Below are positions 1 through 32,562 of a stretch of DNA of 64,000 bases, one piece after another. The translations under genes were made by a program, and so were the position numbers. Below the pieces are notes generated by a model. It saw only the letters and a program-made list of their open reading frames with translations, did no database searches and had not been told where the DNA came from. Source of the stretch: the human T2T-CHM13v2.0 reference genome, Homo sapiens; NCBI RefSeq assembly GCF_009914755.1, contig NC_060944.1; one strand, given 5' to 3'. Every line of letters starts with the position of its first letter. Position 1 is the stretch's first letter.

Positions 1-575
1 CAAGATCATGGCTCACTGCAGCCTTGACCTCCAGAGCTCAAGCAATCCTCCCACCTCAGCCTCTCAAGTACCTAGGACTACAGGTGCATGCCACCATGCC
101 CAGCTAATTTTTTTGGGTTTTGGGTTTTGTCTGTAGAGATGGGGTCTCCCTGTGTTGCCCAGGCTGGTCTTGAAACCCTGCACTCAAGGGATCCTCCTGC
201 CTTGGCCTCCCAAGGTGCTGGGATTGGCCAGGCATGGTGGCTCACTCCTGTAACCCCAGCACTTTGGGAGGCCAAGGTGGGCAGATCACTTGAGGTCAGG
301 AGTTCGAGATCAGCCTAGTCAACATGGTGAAACCCTGTCTCTACTAAAAATACAAAAATTAGCCAGGTGTGGTGGCGCACGCGTGTAATCCCAGCTACTG
401 GGGAAACTGAGGCATGAGAATCATTTGAACCCGGGAGGCAGAGGTTGCAGCAAGCCAAGATCATGCCACTGCACCCCAGCCTGGATGACAGAGAGAGACT
501 CCATCTCAAAAACAAACAAACAAAAACACCCACACAAAGTGATGGGATTACAGGCATGAGCCACCACGCCCAGCC
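1..575. mobile_element. Antisense AluJ interrupted by a sense AluS (226-525)
   Basis: Alu consensus. caaggtgctgggatt / caaagtgatgggatt is duplicated around the inner Alu. Confidence 0.9.
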
Positions 576-579
576 TCAG

Positions 580-1310
<731 letters not shown>

Positions 1311-2245
1311 GATCCTTTCATTTCATTATCTAAATAACCCGGGCTTGAGTCCTAGCTCAGCACATTTACTCTCTGTGTGACCTGGGTGACTCACTATTAA
1401 CAGAGGGATCATGAGAACAAGAGGATGTATACAACAGGCTGCACCTGGTGCTTTGAGCAAATAGGTTGGTGTTTTTTCCTACTTGTGACAAGAAGTACTA
1501 AGGTGGCCCGTTGAGCTGACAGGGCGTCTCAAGGAAGTAGTCAGGGACCCAGGCTTCTCCTGGCTGCTGTTCTGCCATCCGTAGCATGTGGATTTTGTCT
1601 TCCTGGTCCCAAGGTAGCTGCAGCACCTCTAGCCTCACTGCCATGCTCCAGGCAGGACTCAGCGAAGCTGATGGCGTTATCCCCGTTTTGTAGAGGAAGA
1701 AAGTGAGGCAGAGGAGGATGAGAAACCCTGCCTTAAAGAGTGCTGTGAGGTTAGAAGTAGTGTCACCTGGTGTGTAGTAGGCATGGTTGTTTTCACAGTA
1801 GGATGGGCCTCTCTCAAGCTCCCTGGCACTGGGGGTGCCCAGTGCCCTGGGGGATGAAGGTGGGCCTCTAGCAGCAGGCACCTGAGCTCCTCCACTTGGC
1901 CGGCCTGAGGCTTCAGGCTCAGAGGGGCTGGCCCAGGCTCTGGTGGGGCTGTGGGTGGCTGGGGCAGACCCTGGACAACCTTGGATCCCAGCCTGTGAGT
2001 ACAGGTACAGTGTGTCCACCCCCCCTTTTGGGGTGGAGGATGCTGGGCCCAGCAGCCCTGTTGACCTGTGCCTCTTGCCTGTTCTGGGCAAGCCAGGACT
2101 GGCTGGGGCTGCAGTGGTCACCCAAGAACAGCCAACCACATAAAAGTCAGGCCCAAGGACAGTCACTGAGGTGGGCCTGGCCTTGCAACTGGGTAGCCAT
2201 GTCTGATGACCTACTATTCAGTGCTCACTTGGAAGGGAGATATAG

Positions 2246-2825
<580 letters not shown>

Positions 2826-4573
2826 CAAAAACCAGGCAGGGTCAGGGATGTGCGATTAGGGCTTCCCGAGAGGGAGATGCGGGTGGGCCCAGACTGGCGA
2901 GGGGCTGCGGCGGGTTTGTAGAAACAGGGCAGCACAGGGCAAACGGAGGCCCTGAGGTGGTGGGCTTGGCTTTAGAGCAGAGCTTGTTCTGACTGGGGGG
3001 CTTCAGAGGAGAGGCTGTGAACCCAGCCGGGGCCTGAGGCTTCACCCTGTCACGTGCTGTGACAGCCATTTGGGGTCTTTGTGAGAAACGGAGCTGCTGG
3101 GTGTTGCGGATTGCCGGGGCCAACTCTGAGGCTTCGGCCAGACGCAGCAGGTTACAGGAACCGTGGGGATCTCAGGCTGGGGCTCCTCAGCTCAGCCACC
3201 CTCAGCCATGAGGGACTGTGGGCCCGGAGTTGCCCAATGGTCTGATTTTCCAAGAGAAACCGGCAGTCTGCTTTTCACGGGAAATCTGATTTTTACATGT
3301 TTGCAGTTAATTCCATTTTTACAAAATCACAAAGCCGACCCAGCACACATGCATTTGGCCTGTGCCCTGCAGGTCTGGGAACTCAGGTGCGCAGGGTGGA
3401 CGCAGGGAGCTGCGGGGGTGTGGGGAGACTCTGAAAGCAGCCAGGCCCTGCGCCCCAGCACTCCCTGTGGCAGAGGCGGGCCTTGGGCTGGGGGTGGGCT
3501 GCGGAGGAGCTCACAGCCGTGTCAGGTTTCTGTGTCTTGACCTATCCTATCCCAGAGCAGAGAACATTCCTGCCTGCGGCCCGGGAGGAGGGGGTGGGGA
3601 GCTGGATTCCAAAGGGTTGGACGCACCTCCTGGACCCCAGCGGGGACTCATTCCCAGCCGGAGGGCGAGAGGTGGGACGTGGAGAGCTCTGAAGTCTTCT
3701 CTGAGATTTTCAAAGGTGAAAACCCCAGGGTTTGAGTTTGCTGCTCCATCCTCAAGGAGCCCTAGAGGGCGATGGGCAAGGGCTGGTCTTGGAGCTGGAC
3801 AGGCCGAGGGGACCCCAGCTCCAGTGCTCCCTCCCTCCCAGGACCCCTGAGACATAGCGACTCCTCCCTTGCAGGCTGCCATGATAGTCCAAGAGAGAAC
3901 GGGTGTGAAAGTGGTTTCCATGGCATGCGGGTGTGCCGGTGAGGGGGTCTGCCTCTGGGAAATGGTCCTGTCCACCCGCCAGGGCGTCTGCAGCCGGACA
4001 GCCCTGCGGGCATCTGGTTGTTTTCAGCCTCACACACCAGCCCTTACCTGCTGATTCAGGCGGCTGGTTTCAAAGCACTTGCTGCCACCCCTGGGGGTTT
4101 ATTATCTATTTCAGGCAGGACTCTTAGTTACAAGCAACCCTGGTCAGTGTGGCTTAAAGAAAGAAGAGAATTTTGAGGCTCATGAACAGGAAAAGCCCCA
4201 GGGTAACTCCAGCCTTCAGCAAAATAGGGTTCACGCGCTCCAAGTGATATTGGCAGGACTCTGTCTTGCCGCGTCTTCTAACTCTGCATCCTTCTGTGCG
4301 GGGTTCATTCTCAGGCGGGCCCCTGGTGGGGTGGCAGGAGTGGCCTGTCACCTGAACTCCCAGGAACCTCTGGGGAGAGCATCCCTGTCCCAGTAGCAAG
4401 AATCGCAGTGGCCCTGTCACATGCTTACTCCTGGACTGATCTCTGTGGGTGGAGGGTGAGCTGCTCACATGGGCTAGGCCTGCTCTTGGCCCCAGCCTGA
4501 GCTGTGGGGGAGGTGGGGAGCTGCTCGGATGGGGAGTTGGGCACAAGGGGATCCCTTAGAAAAATCAAGATGC

Positions 4574-5192
<619 letters not shown>

Positions 5193-7649
5193 AAAAATCA
5201 AGATGCTAGCACCCCAAGGGGAAATGGACAGACAGGCGGAAACAGCGCCCACCCATGCCCACCACTCTCCAAGACTGTGTTTTGGTCTGAAGAGGAAACA
5301 CCTGAGCTTCCTGGCTCATGCCCCTCTGCCCCTGCCTGGCTGACTTCAGCCCAGTTCTCCAAAGAGCTGTGGGTTACTCACCCACGTGTCTCCAGCGTGT
5401 CCTCCAAGGTGTCAGGCTTGGGCCTGAGTGGATGTGGAGCGGCACCAGCCTCTGCAGCCTTCTGTCTGGTCTTCCAGGCCAGTGGCCCTCCTGAAAAAGG
5501 AAAGCATGCTTGTTCTCCTTGGAGCCCCTGGGGGCTCCTAGTGATTGACTTCCTTTCTGAGTGCACGGGAAGCAGCTGTTCAATAATCCATTGTGACGTT
5601 TGGCCAGACACCGACAGAGCTTGTCTCCCTGCGACCCCCTTGTCCAAATGCAGGGATGACCTTTCCCCTCTGTGACCAGGAAGGATGCAATTGTTGGGGG
5701 TTTCTTACATTAGTTCTCTCCAGGCCTAAAGACGCCATCACATCTAGAGCTGCCGGCGGCCTCTCGCCACTCCCTCTCCTTGGCTTCTTCATAATGATAT
5801 TGATTTTTCCTCCATTTTTAGAATCCATCTCCTTGAGGGAGGAGACAGAAACTCCATCCCTCTGCACAGAACCATTTCAAAAAGGAACAGGGGGTTGGGA
5901 TGAGGCCCAGCTGGCCTAGGAGAGGCCGCCTGGCTGGGCCGAACACTGGCTCTGGCCTGGCCTGGTCACTGACCCTTGCCTGGGTCCTCAGGACCAGGAG
6001 AAGAAGGGCCGTGTCTTTTCAGATCACAGAACACTCTTTGGCCCCTAGTCATGTGTCAGGATGAGAGGGGCGGTCTTTGAACTCCCATGATTCACTTGAA
6101 TGTTGCATTTTCTAGATATCATGACAGCCAGATCTCAGGCCATCATTAAAAAGAAAGAAGGTGAAATTCCACACCTGTGGGTTACCCACCAGCGGCAGCC
6201 CTCTGGCTGGAGATGTATCTTGTGGCTCAGCTCCTGTTTGTGTTCTGATTGCAGTGCCATCAGGGGGACGTGTGTCCACTGACCCACAGAGGCAGGGGCA
6301 GCTGGGGAACGTGCTAGGAGAGGAGGGGCAGGCAGGAATAGACCTTGTCTCCCGAGTCATCCCCTGAGCAGGCTGAGCCAAGAGTGGCTGACTGAGGATT
6401 GGCTGGGCACAACGTTCCATTCGCCGTGTTTGAGGTTCACCCTTGGCCAGGTGCGTCACTTGTCCTGGTTTTCCAGATGTGAAGGTGGTGACGCAGGCTG
6501 GTATGAGATCCCTAGATGTCAGAGCATGTTTTAGCTTATTTAAGATCCTTTGATGGTTCCCTTCTGCAACAGGCTCGGTGTGATGTGGTGGTAAGTCAAG
6601 GCCCTGGAGCCCAGACGTGATTACCTGGCCACTCTCACTTTTGGGGGACACATGAAACAGCCTCCTGCTGTCTCCACTGTCGCCCCTAGAGTGTATTCTC
6701 TCTCCTGCTCTTCCTGAAGTGCAGACCTCATCACACACACAGCCTCCTGCTTACGAGCTGCAAAGGCCCTCAGTGCTCATGGGATCAAGGTCATAGCTTG
6801 GCTTGCAAGATCCCAGGTGGACCCCAGCCCTTTGTCTGGCTTCCTCCCTGTCTACGCGCTGATCCCCGCAGCCCCCACACTCCACCCACTCAGCACAGGC
6901 TGTTCCCTCGGCCTGGAACACCGGCCCTTGGTACCTCTATACCCCTGTTCTCCTGACTCCTGGCCAGTTGCTGCTGAGGCTGTGAAGGTCCTACACGGCT
7001 CAGCACCCGGAAACTCCCCCAACCCTCTAGGATGAGCTGAGGCCCCATCTGGGTTCCCCAGGCCTTTGTGCCTGTCCTGCCATCAGCCCGCATCATAGGG
7101 TGGCATTGTTTCTCCTGGTTCATTTGTGTCCCCACTAAGTGCCATGCCCCATGAGGGCTGGGATGGTTGTCTTGTTCACAGCTGTGTCCTCAGTGCACAG
7201 GACAGGGCTGGCCTGGTGCACTGTGAGTTGCCGGCTGGTGGACAGATGCTTGGAGGATGTGTGACTTGGGGCAGGGCAACTCCTGAGTCTTGATCTCCCC
7301 CTCTGCACTGGGGTCATGGTGTCAAGTGCAGGGGGAGGGGAGGGAAGGGGAGCAGGCAGCATGGGGAGGGGCCTGCAGAGGTGTCTGGCAGTGGGGAAGC
7401 TGTCATTGGCCATAGTCTGGAGCCCACATCCCTGTACTGACACGCAGCTTTCAGCTGTAGCCAGAACTGGGTCTCAGCCAGAGTGGGCAGAGGTGGCCAG
7501 GAGACGAGACAGTGCAGGGAGCTGGGGGACAGGGTTAGGGGGTGGTGAGAAGGTCCCCTCCCTCTGTCCTCCTTGACCATGCATCCTTGCTCATCTCCAC
7601 CGGCTCCAACCAGGAGCAGTAGCCCGGGAGCCCTCTCCTTCTTCTGGTG

Positions 7650-7830
7650 CAGGCCGTGGTCCTTACAACCTGGACTCTGCATGAGAATCACCTGGGAGCT
7701 GTGAAATGTCCCACACCCAGGCCACGCCCCCGAGTAGAGACATCTGACCCCCTGGCGTGGGCCCCGGGCATCAGTAGTTCATAAAACTCCCAGGAGATTC
7801 CAGCGCATGGCCAGGTTTGACAGCCGTCAT
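7650..7830. mobile_element. MER5-like hAT MITE (similar remnants at about 17010-17145 and 20630-21090)
   Basis: gcatgagaatcacctgggagct...aaactcccaggagattc...ccaggtttga. Confidence 0.55.
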
Positions 7831-8077
7831 TCCAGGTGGTTCTTGGTGACCTGGTTTTTCCTGGAGATGCTCAGCAGCCTGCAGGAGCCCGCCAGCCAGC
7901 GCACAGTGAGCGGCTCGATGGGAAATCTCCCCTTCTCCGCCTCCCTCCACAAAAATCCTCACCAGAAACGAGGAAGCACTTCTTAAAATGGTTTTGTTTT
8001 TTGAAAGAGTAGCACATGCCTATGGCAGGAACTCCAGGCAGCACAGATGGGTACACAGTGGAAGAAAAATCAGTCCT

Positions 8078-8894
<817 letters not shown>

Positions 8895-9080
8895 TGACAT
8901 GGATGCCTTGGTCCCTTTGGGTGGCCGGCTTTGGCTGTCACAGGCAGTGCTGTCAGAGGAGCTCAGAGTCTTTGGTCATATGTGTGAGTCCTGCAGGATG
9001 AACTTGTAGACCGGGAATTCCTGGGTCATGGAACAAGTGGATCCAAATCGCTGATAGAGCTTCATTTCTTGTCATTCCAG

Positions 9081-9203
9081 AAGTCACCTGCACCGGTGCC
9101 CGTGACGTACGAGCTGCCCACACTGTATAGGACGGAGGACTATTTTCCTGTGGACGCCGGGGAAGCACAGCACCACCCCCGCACCTGCCCTCGGCCTTTG
9201 TGA
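9081..9203 (+). CDS. BCAS4: BCAS4 terminal coding exon (KSPAPVPVTYELPTLYRTEDYFPVDAGEAQHHPRTCPRPL*), cappuccino/BLOC1S4-like C-terminal motif
   Basis: Acceptor ttcatttcttgtcattccag|AAG, CpG-rich coding-like sequence, YRTEDYF motif, TGA 9201-9203. Upstream exons lie outside the window. Confidence 0.9.
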   Translation, partial: KSPAPVPVTYELPTLYRTEDYFPVDAGEAQHHPRTCPRPL

Positions 9204-9751
9204 GCTTTGTGGTCTTCCCATCAGGAACGCTGGAAAGTGACATTGTGTACACACTGCAGCTTGGGGGTTTTTTCTTTGTATTGCTGTTTATTTTATATTT
9301 TAAAAATATTTAAAAAAATGTCGAGATGGGGTCTCACTATGTTGTCCAGACTGATCTCAAACTCCTGGGCTCAAGTGATCCACCCACCTTGGCCTTCCAA
9401 AGTGGTGGGATTATGGGCAGGAGCCTCCGTGCCCAGGCTGCTGCCATTTTCAAATTTCCTCCCTGCCTCATGTGAGACCACAGGGTTTGGAGAAGCAGTT
9501 GGAACCCACGTGTGGTGATGCCTCCCACATCGGCCTGCTTGGGGTTCTACAGGGGTTGAGGGACCAGGCCTGGCCGGGGCTGATGGACAGTGGGGACTTT
9601 CCTTCTCTCCATGATGGCTTTGCAGGGGCTCCATGGTCCTTCTCTCTGTGATGGGTTTTTGCACGGGGTGTGCTCTGCCACTGTGGTGGGTGGGTGGATG
9701 CTGCTTCTGTTGCCTCCAGACCTCGGTGCCCACAGCCTTGAGGATCCTTCC

Positions 9752-9757
9752 AATAAA
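9752..9757 (+). terminator. BCAS4: BCAS4 poly(A) signal AATAAA
   Basis: AATAAA about 550 nt after the stop, followed by GU-rich ggtctggtgtg. Confidence 0.75.
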
Positions 9758-10169
9758 GGTGTCAAGAGCTCAGCCCTGGTCTGGTGTGAGAATGACGGGG
9801 AGTGATAGTTTCCTTTTCACCTGTGCAGTGTTTTCTAGAAGGTTCCTCCTGTGCCTCACCTGCGAGGGCCTGATCCTGGGCACCTGCTGATGAGGCTCCA
9901 GCTGAGGGAGGGGTAGTCCCGGCCTTTGGATTTCCAGCAAGAGTGCAGAGGTCATTAGGACCCCCAGGGTCTTCAAAGGCTTGTTTACCCACATTTCTTC
10001 CCATGCAGATGAGTTTCCTGCTATTGTCCTAACACTCCGGATTTCTCACTGTGGCTTCAACCTGCAATGGGTATTTCTGGAATTCCTCGAAGAGCCAAGA
10101 ACACACACATAATTCCCCTATGCACATACAGGACTGAACTGTAAATCTGCATTAGAATTTCAAGATAAT

Positions 10170-15230
<5,061 letters not shown>

Positions 15231-15759
15231 AATCAGTTGCCACCAATTAAAAATTAGGAGAATGCATATAAAGAACTGAATTTCCTGTTTGTTTGCTTGT
15301 TGCCTTAAGAATGTGAGCCCACTGTTTTTAGTGCCAGATATTCTAATTTTAAACAATGAGCTACATAAAGTCAAGTTGCTTTGGAGGGGGGGGTCCTGGT
15401 CTCCAGGCTTTTCTTATACTCAAATTATTTCACTAATTTATTTCACTTGCCTAGCCCCTGTGGGCATTTGCATTTGAGATCCGTAGAACCAGAGACTCAG
15501 ACAATGGGAAATTTATTCCAAGGATATGGAGTGTGTGAAGAAATGCATCTCGGTCTCAGCTTAATGTGGTGGAGGATGGCAGCTAGATGGTCACTGCAGT
15601 TCAAGCAATTGGCAGTCTAGCTAGCACCTCTGTACCCCAATTCCAAACTCCCTGAGGATGAGGCATGGGGTCCCACTAGAGAAGTGTGTGCTGTCCAGGG
15701 CTCTCCTTTGGGAGGTGACTGATACCAGGTCAGACATTGTAAGAAAGCTACACCAATAT

Positions 15760-16000
15760 TCCACAAGAATACAAATGCAAAATCAAGAAAATATCAGGAA
15801 ACAGAATCCAGCAACATATAAAAAAGGATTATACGCCATAACCAAGCAGGATTTCTTCCAGGAGTGCAAGGTTGGTTTAACATCTGAAGATCAGTGTACC
15901 ACACCATATTAATAAAGGACAAAAACCACATGATCATCTCAATAGATGCAGAAAATAAGCATTTGACAAAATCCAACACCTACTTATGATAAAAACTCTC
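15760..16000 (+). mobile_element. L1 ORF2 reverse-transcriptase fragment
   Basis: aaaaaccacatgatcatctcaatagatgcagaaaa..gcatttgacaaaatccaaca encodes decayed KNHMIISIDAEKAFDKIQ. Confidence 0.85.
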
Positions 16001-17969
16001 CTTCTTGGGGTAAAAAGGGGAGTTCTTGGGAAGGTTAGAAGCTAGACAGGTACCCCACAATGTCTGCTTACAGGGTTTACCAACTCCTTGGAGATGTTTA
16101 GTTGACTCAGGCAGCTACAGGTTTCCAGGAACCTTCCTCTCCATCTTAAAGCAAAATCCCACTAAATCCCACTTTGCATTATGGTGAAGAGTGCAAACAT
16201 CTTTGGAAGGAGTTGCAAGTAGTTCTAATTTCAAGCAGCTGTCACAGAATCTCCTCTCTGAGTTCCCTGGGCTTGCTATGGGCTCAAAAGCCTGGAAATT
16301 CTTACAGGTGATAATCAGCTTGATGCATTTCAGGCTTGCAGCAGTAGGAGTGAGTGGAGGGCAGCAGGTCTGAGGCTGGCCTCTGCAGTCTTTGCTGGGC
16401 CTTCTGGCAGAGTGTGCTTTAAGGACTGCTCATGATGCTGGGTTTGGAGAAGCAGTTAAGGGGAGGACTGCAGGGGACACAAGCATTATATTTGGTCAGA
16501 ATGAACATACGGTTCCCCTTAAAAACCAAACCAGTGAGGCATGAGCACCCGAGGCCAGCCTCTTCAACCAGGAGGGGTTTCTCACTGGGCCTTCCACGGA
16601 GATGCTCCGTTTTAGACGTAATGGGCGGAGTTTCATCTGGAGGAGCCAGGCCGAGGTGAATGAAAGGGAGGAGACCTGGAGGAGCGGGTCTTCTGTTGGC
16701 ATCCCCAAGCCTGGTGCTGCTGCAGTGGGGACTCTACCCAGAAGGTAAGGATTCCAGCTTAGGCCACGGTCTCCTTGTTGCCGGGATGAACCGAGGAGAT
16801 GTTGGGGCAAGTCTACACTCTTGAAATGGTTTTCTACATGCAGGTTGCATCTCTGAGTGTACAGGTTCTTCTTAGGCTGCTAGCAGGTGTTTGTTGAGTG
16901 GCGGGGAAAAAGAATAAGTGGTCTCAAAGGAAACTGCCTGGAGCAGACATACTATTCAAGGGAAGGCTGGAGCTTGTAGCCCACGTTCACTGCGCATCCC
17001 TTTAAACCAGTTCCGTCTGGGAATCAGCTGGGCCACACCTCAAACCAATTACATCAGAATCTCCAAGCAGGGGAGGGGGAAACTTAGATCACCTGTCTTT
17101 AAACCCCCCCAGGTGATTTCAGTATGTAGCCAGGGCTGGGAATCACTTGCTTCCAAAGAATACCAGTCAAGAGATTTTTCAGAACTTGCTTCGTCTTCTG
17201 AGTTGGAGCAATTGCACCTTTTATCTGGTTTTCATATGGCACAAGGCTTCCTTTGAAGTGCTGGGTCCTCAGCATCGCTCTGCACCTTCTGAGTGTAGCA
17301 TGGAATTGGTTTTGAATTGGTTTCCGGTTTTGGGTTGAATTGCTTTCACCCGAGCTTCAGAGATGGGTCCTGACTAGTCTAAGCCAACCAGGGTAATGCT
17401 AGCTCAGTGACTGACCAGGTAGCTTTGGACTAAGCCCATCAGCTTAGTCGGATGTTCTGGAATGGTCCAGTTGGCTTAGAATTCAGGATTCTTTCTTAAT
17501 ACTGAATGAAGGGGAAACCTCTCAGGTTAGGTAAGTGGAAGGCACCCTATGAATACCGGGGTGCCTGCCTAGGATGAAGTGTCCCTGTGGGTGGCAGGAT
17601 GGAGACAGAAAACCTGAATCCTTGGTGATGTCCCTGAGCAGCTTGCCCTCCCCAGACACAGCCAGTTGCCCCCTTGTCACCTTTATTAAGCACCGTCTGA
17701 GCTGGATTTCCCGTTACCTGCCAGTGAGAGTCCTAATTAATATAAAAGGGTCTGAGGTTGGGCAAAGCAAAGTGAGTAGTCACTGCTAAAGGAAGCAGAG
17801 TTCCCTGAGCAGCTCTTGGAGCCAGAGCCCAGGCTGGGCTTGAAGCCCATCTGTCAGCCCCTAGCTCAGCACTATCCGGCATGCTAGAGGTAGCAGAGTC
17901 ATCCTGGGATAAGGCGGGTCTGGGCTGAGGCTCATTTTGGTGCTTATGGACCTGGGACCCTGCTCTGAT

Positions 17970-20995
<3,026 letters not shown>

Positions 20996-21659
20996 CTAGT
21001 GATAATTCTTGAGTCTCATCTCGAGGACTCAGTACTAGTAGTCTGAGGTCTAAGTAGTAAAGGAACTACACTTCTGTATGGTAGTACTTATTTGGCAATA
21101 AGCAGGTTTGTTTCTAGCGTGAAGCATCTCAGATGGGAAACTCCCATCTTTAATACATCGCAGTTTTCAAATTTGGCACTCATTTTGTTCATGCCAGAAA
21201 TGGATGTTACAAAGGAGTAGGCATTGGGATCAAACTGACATACAACTCTAGAGCGATATGAGGCATAGATACCCTTTCTGCTTGAATTGCAAGAGGGAAT
21301 GAAGCTGTTTGATAAAGATTCTCCTCTCCCTATACAATGACAAGGAACCAAAGATAGGATGAGAAAATGCTCTATGTGATGAACAGGGAAAGAAGCCACA
21401 GTCCTAGCTTGTCTGAGTGAACTCATTCCCACGAGAAAACCTGCAGGGCCAAAAACACGCCTCCCCACCCCCTTCCCCCGACACCCACAAAAACAAAACA
21501 CACCAAACCTCTGTAGGATACTTAGGTTTTCTCATGTTAGAAGTGTTCAGCCTACATTTACAGGCATTCTCTAATTAGGTGGCAGCACGTTGCCATAGCC
21601 AACGATCTCCAGATTATTTGAAAAGCAAACAGTAGCAACAATATTCTTTTAAAATGGCT

Positions 21660-21665
21660 TTTATT
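21660..21665 (-). terminator. ADNP: ADNP distal poly(A) signal AATAAA
   Basis: tttatt on +. Downstream GU-rich TGTTGCTACTGTTTGCTTTT, plus a further GU-rich block at about 21481-21510. Confidence 0.7.
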
Positions 21666-22724
21666 GAGACACTTGTAGGGATTCTGCAACATTTCCAGTT
21701 GGGAATCTTTATTTCCAACTCTTAGGGTGGCTAAACCCTTTTCTGAATGCCAAAAGGCACACTCTCACCACCTTAATGAGGAAACACACTTATCTGTGTC
21801 TGTTCCGATATCCAACTGGGACCTGGACCCCAAGCCCCGTGGTGTCTTGTACAAGTCTCATTAGTCCTCCACGTACAACTCAGAAGCCTGTTAATCAGGG
21901 AGGGTAATTTCCAAATAAATGTGAGCTGGCCTAAATCCAGCTGGTTATTTCTGATTTGGTAATCTGTAGTATCTTAATTTGGGGACATCCTGTCCTAAGT
22001 TTTGGCTGGTGCATGTAGAACTTATAATCTACCTGTATAACAACAGATGCAACATAGCTCCGTTCCAGCCCCAAATTCCTTAAAGGTTCTAGTCTACTCT
22101 TGCACTTCTTCCTGTACTGTTGTTGAGAAGCTTACATTTTAGGGAGAGGCTGGTCAAATCTCTACTCTCTGGTAACAGCATTAACAAGAGTCTTTCTTTT
22201 GGAAACAGACTCAGAAGTTATGGACATCAGCCACTTCAGACTTCTTTAGGCCACTATCCTTGAGGTGACTGACCAGCCTCCTCATGGATTGGAGTTTCCC
22301 ATCATTGTTTTAATTGCTGGAAATGTTGGCCTAATTCTGCTTCCTTGTAACTTTCTGCTTTTTAGTACAAGTTCTCTTGGGAATCTACGCATGGTAAAAA
22401 TACCAGCTCCTTCCATCTTTACAGCCCTGTCAGTGCTGTGCTCTTCAAAGCCTTTCCCTTAATAGCAAGAGGGCCAAGAGTGGCAAATAGAGGCAGAGCC
22501 GCCTGCACTACAGTTGTTCCCATCGTAAGGTGAAAACGAACGTTTAACTTCATCTAGAAGAAAAAACAAACAAAAAACCCATCAGGCTATTAAGATTCTG
22601 CTTGCAAATTAATGCCAATCCATGTTTACATTTTTTTTTTTATCATTGAGACATTTACATATATATGCAGGCTCTGCTCCTTAACAAAAGGTGAACTGAA
22701 AAACTCAAGGGTGTTTGTTTTTCA

Positions 22725-22759
<35 letters not shown>

Positions 22760-22962
22760 AAAACAGATTTTGTACCAGGTGCCTCAAGAGAAAGCATTCT
22801 ATTTGCAGATGACAGATCTTGGGTTTTCCACAAGTTTCCTCTGTGACTGTGGCTGCCATCTCTGATGAAAGAGTTATGGCATTAAATGGCAAAAGATATA
22901 ATGGACACACAGGACTGTCATGTGTAATAAAGCAAATATTTACATTAAGCACAATACAGCAA

Positions 22963-22968
22963 TTTATT
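22963..22968 (-). terminator. ADNP: ADNP proximal poly(A) signal AATAAA
   Basis: tttatt on +, about 1 kb after the stop. UGUA elements upstream and U/GU-rich sequence downstream. Confidence 0.75.
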
Positions 22969-24000
22969 TAGATGCTTAAAATGAATACAAAGGGAAAATA
23001 AAGATCACAAAATTATACATACTACAACAGTGTGTCATATATTAGATGGTATAAATGAATCCACCATGATGGTGTTGAACTAAAGATAAAACTAAATATC
23101 CAAAATGCAGCACTCATTGGTTTGCTGCTTCAACACAACACACTTTTATACAGATCTAAAAGGTGTCAAAATTAGTAGCTGCAAAGTCAATTCTTGCATG
23201 TGATTTTAGCTTAAAAGATTTCAGAAAACAGATCTGAAATACCAGTTTTTGTTTTTGACAGCTGTAATGTCAAGGATATTCAGAACAAGAAAAATCCTAT
23301 AATACAAGAGAGTCCAGATATATATCTTACGTGGCTGGCCTCTGTTGCAAGATTGTACAAGGTTATGTGCAAAAACTAAGTCTGTCCAAAAAGTCCATAC
23401 TAGCGCAGTTTTGAGCTTTTGCTAGGTAAACTAGATAGAGCGTTTATTACACAGCAAGGGCAACACTAAAAAAAGAAATCTATGATGGGCACACAGTAAC
23501 AGGATCATGAGCATCACTTGAATAGGTCTAAAAGACTGTACAAATATACATTTCAACTATTCAGAATGAATACATGAAAAAAAATCGCTTTTCCCAAAGT
23601 CTACTATACACATTAGACTGGTAGCTTGTATGTTGGCCCTACACTACCATGTGAATTAGTTTAACACTTCTCAAAGACATCTGACCAATCATTTCACAGA
23701 GGGAAAGAAATGTTGAAAAGGCAGATAAAATAAACCTCTGCTTTTCCTCGTGTGTATTCATGAGTCACCAGCTTATTGGTTTTTCACATTTAGTTACCGT
23801 GTCTGTCAGAGAAGGTTCTGAAGCAAGAACAGCCTGTCCTGTCATAGACTTAGAAATAACCACTGGAACTGCAGCGGCCACATGCCCCACAGTCCAACCA
23901 GTACTCACAAGGCAGTACCAGTGAGAAGACAGCTTTGCAGTCACACTGGAGATCAGAGTTCCAGGCTGCAGCATGTCACCAACGCCAGGGAACCTGGCAC

Positions 24001-27108
<3,108 letters not shown>

Positions 27109-27135
27109 CTAAAGTAAACACAAAAACTAGAATTA

Positions 27136-32106
<4,971 letters not shown>

Positions 32107-32463
32107 GTAATGAGTTTTTAATCATTATTTGAGTGTACCACTTACTTCTATATTTTTTAAAAAAAAGTTAACTCTAAAACAGCCTCAGCCAGATCCTTCA
32201 GGAGGTATCTAGAAGACGACACTGCCATCACAGGAAATGATGGCTCCATGCGTGTTACTGCTCCTGAAAACCTTCCAGTGAGACAAGCTGTGAAGGTGGC
32301 AATGGTAATACCATTGATCTTGACCCTGTGTAGGCCTAGGCTAATTATGTCTGTGTCTTAGTTTTTAACAACAGTTTAAAAAGTTAAAAAAAAAAAAAAA
32401 GTTTAAGACTAGGAAAAAGCCTGTAAGCATATGAAGACAAAATATTTTTATACAGCTGTACAA

Positions 32464-32562
32464 TTTTTTTTTTTTTTTTTTTTGGAGCGGTAGCAAGATT
32501 CATTATGAAGAGTGAAAGGACAAAGCTTCCGCAGTGTGGAAGGGGACCCGGGCAGGTTGCCG
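32464..32562 (-). mobile_element. About 80-nt LTR12/ERV9-like R-region fragment with a 20-nt poly(A) tail
   Basis: The - strand reads cggcaacctgcccgggtccccttccacactgcggaagctttgtcctttcactcttcataatgaatcttgctaccgctcc-A20. Confidence 0.6.
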
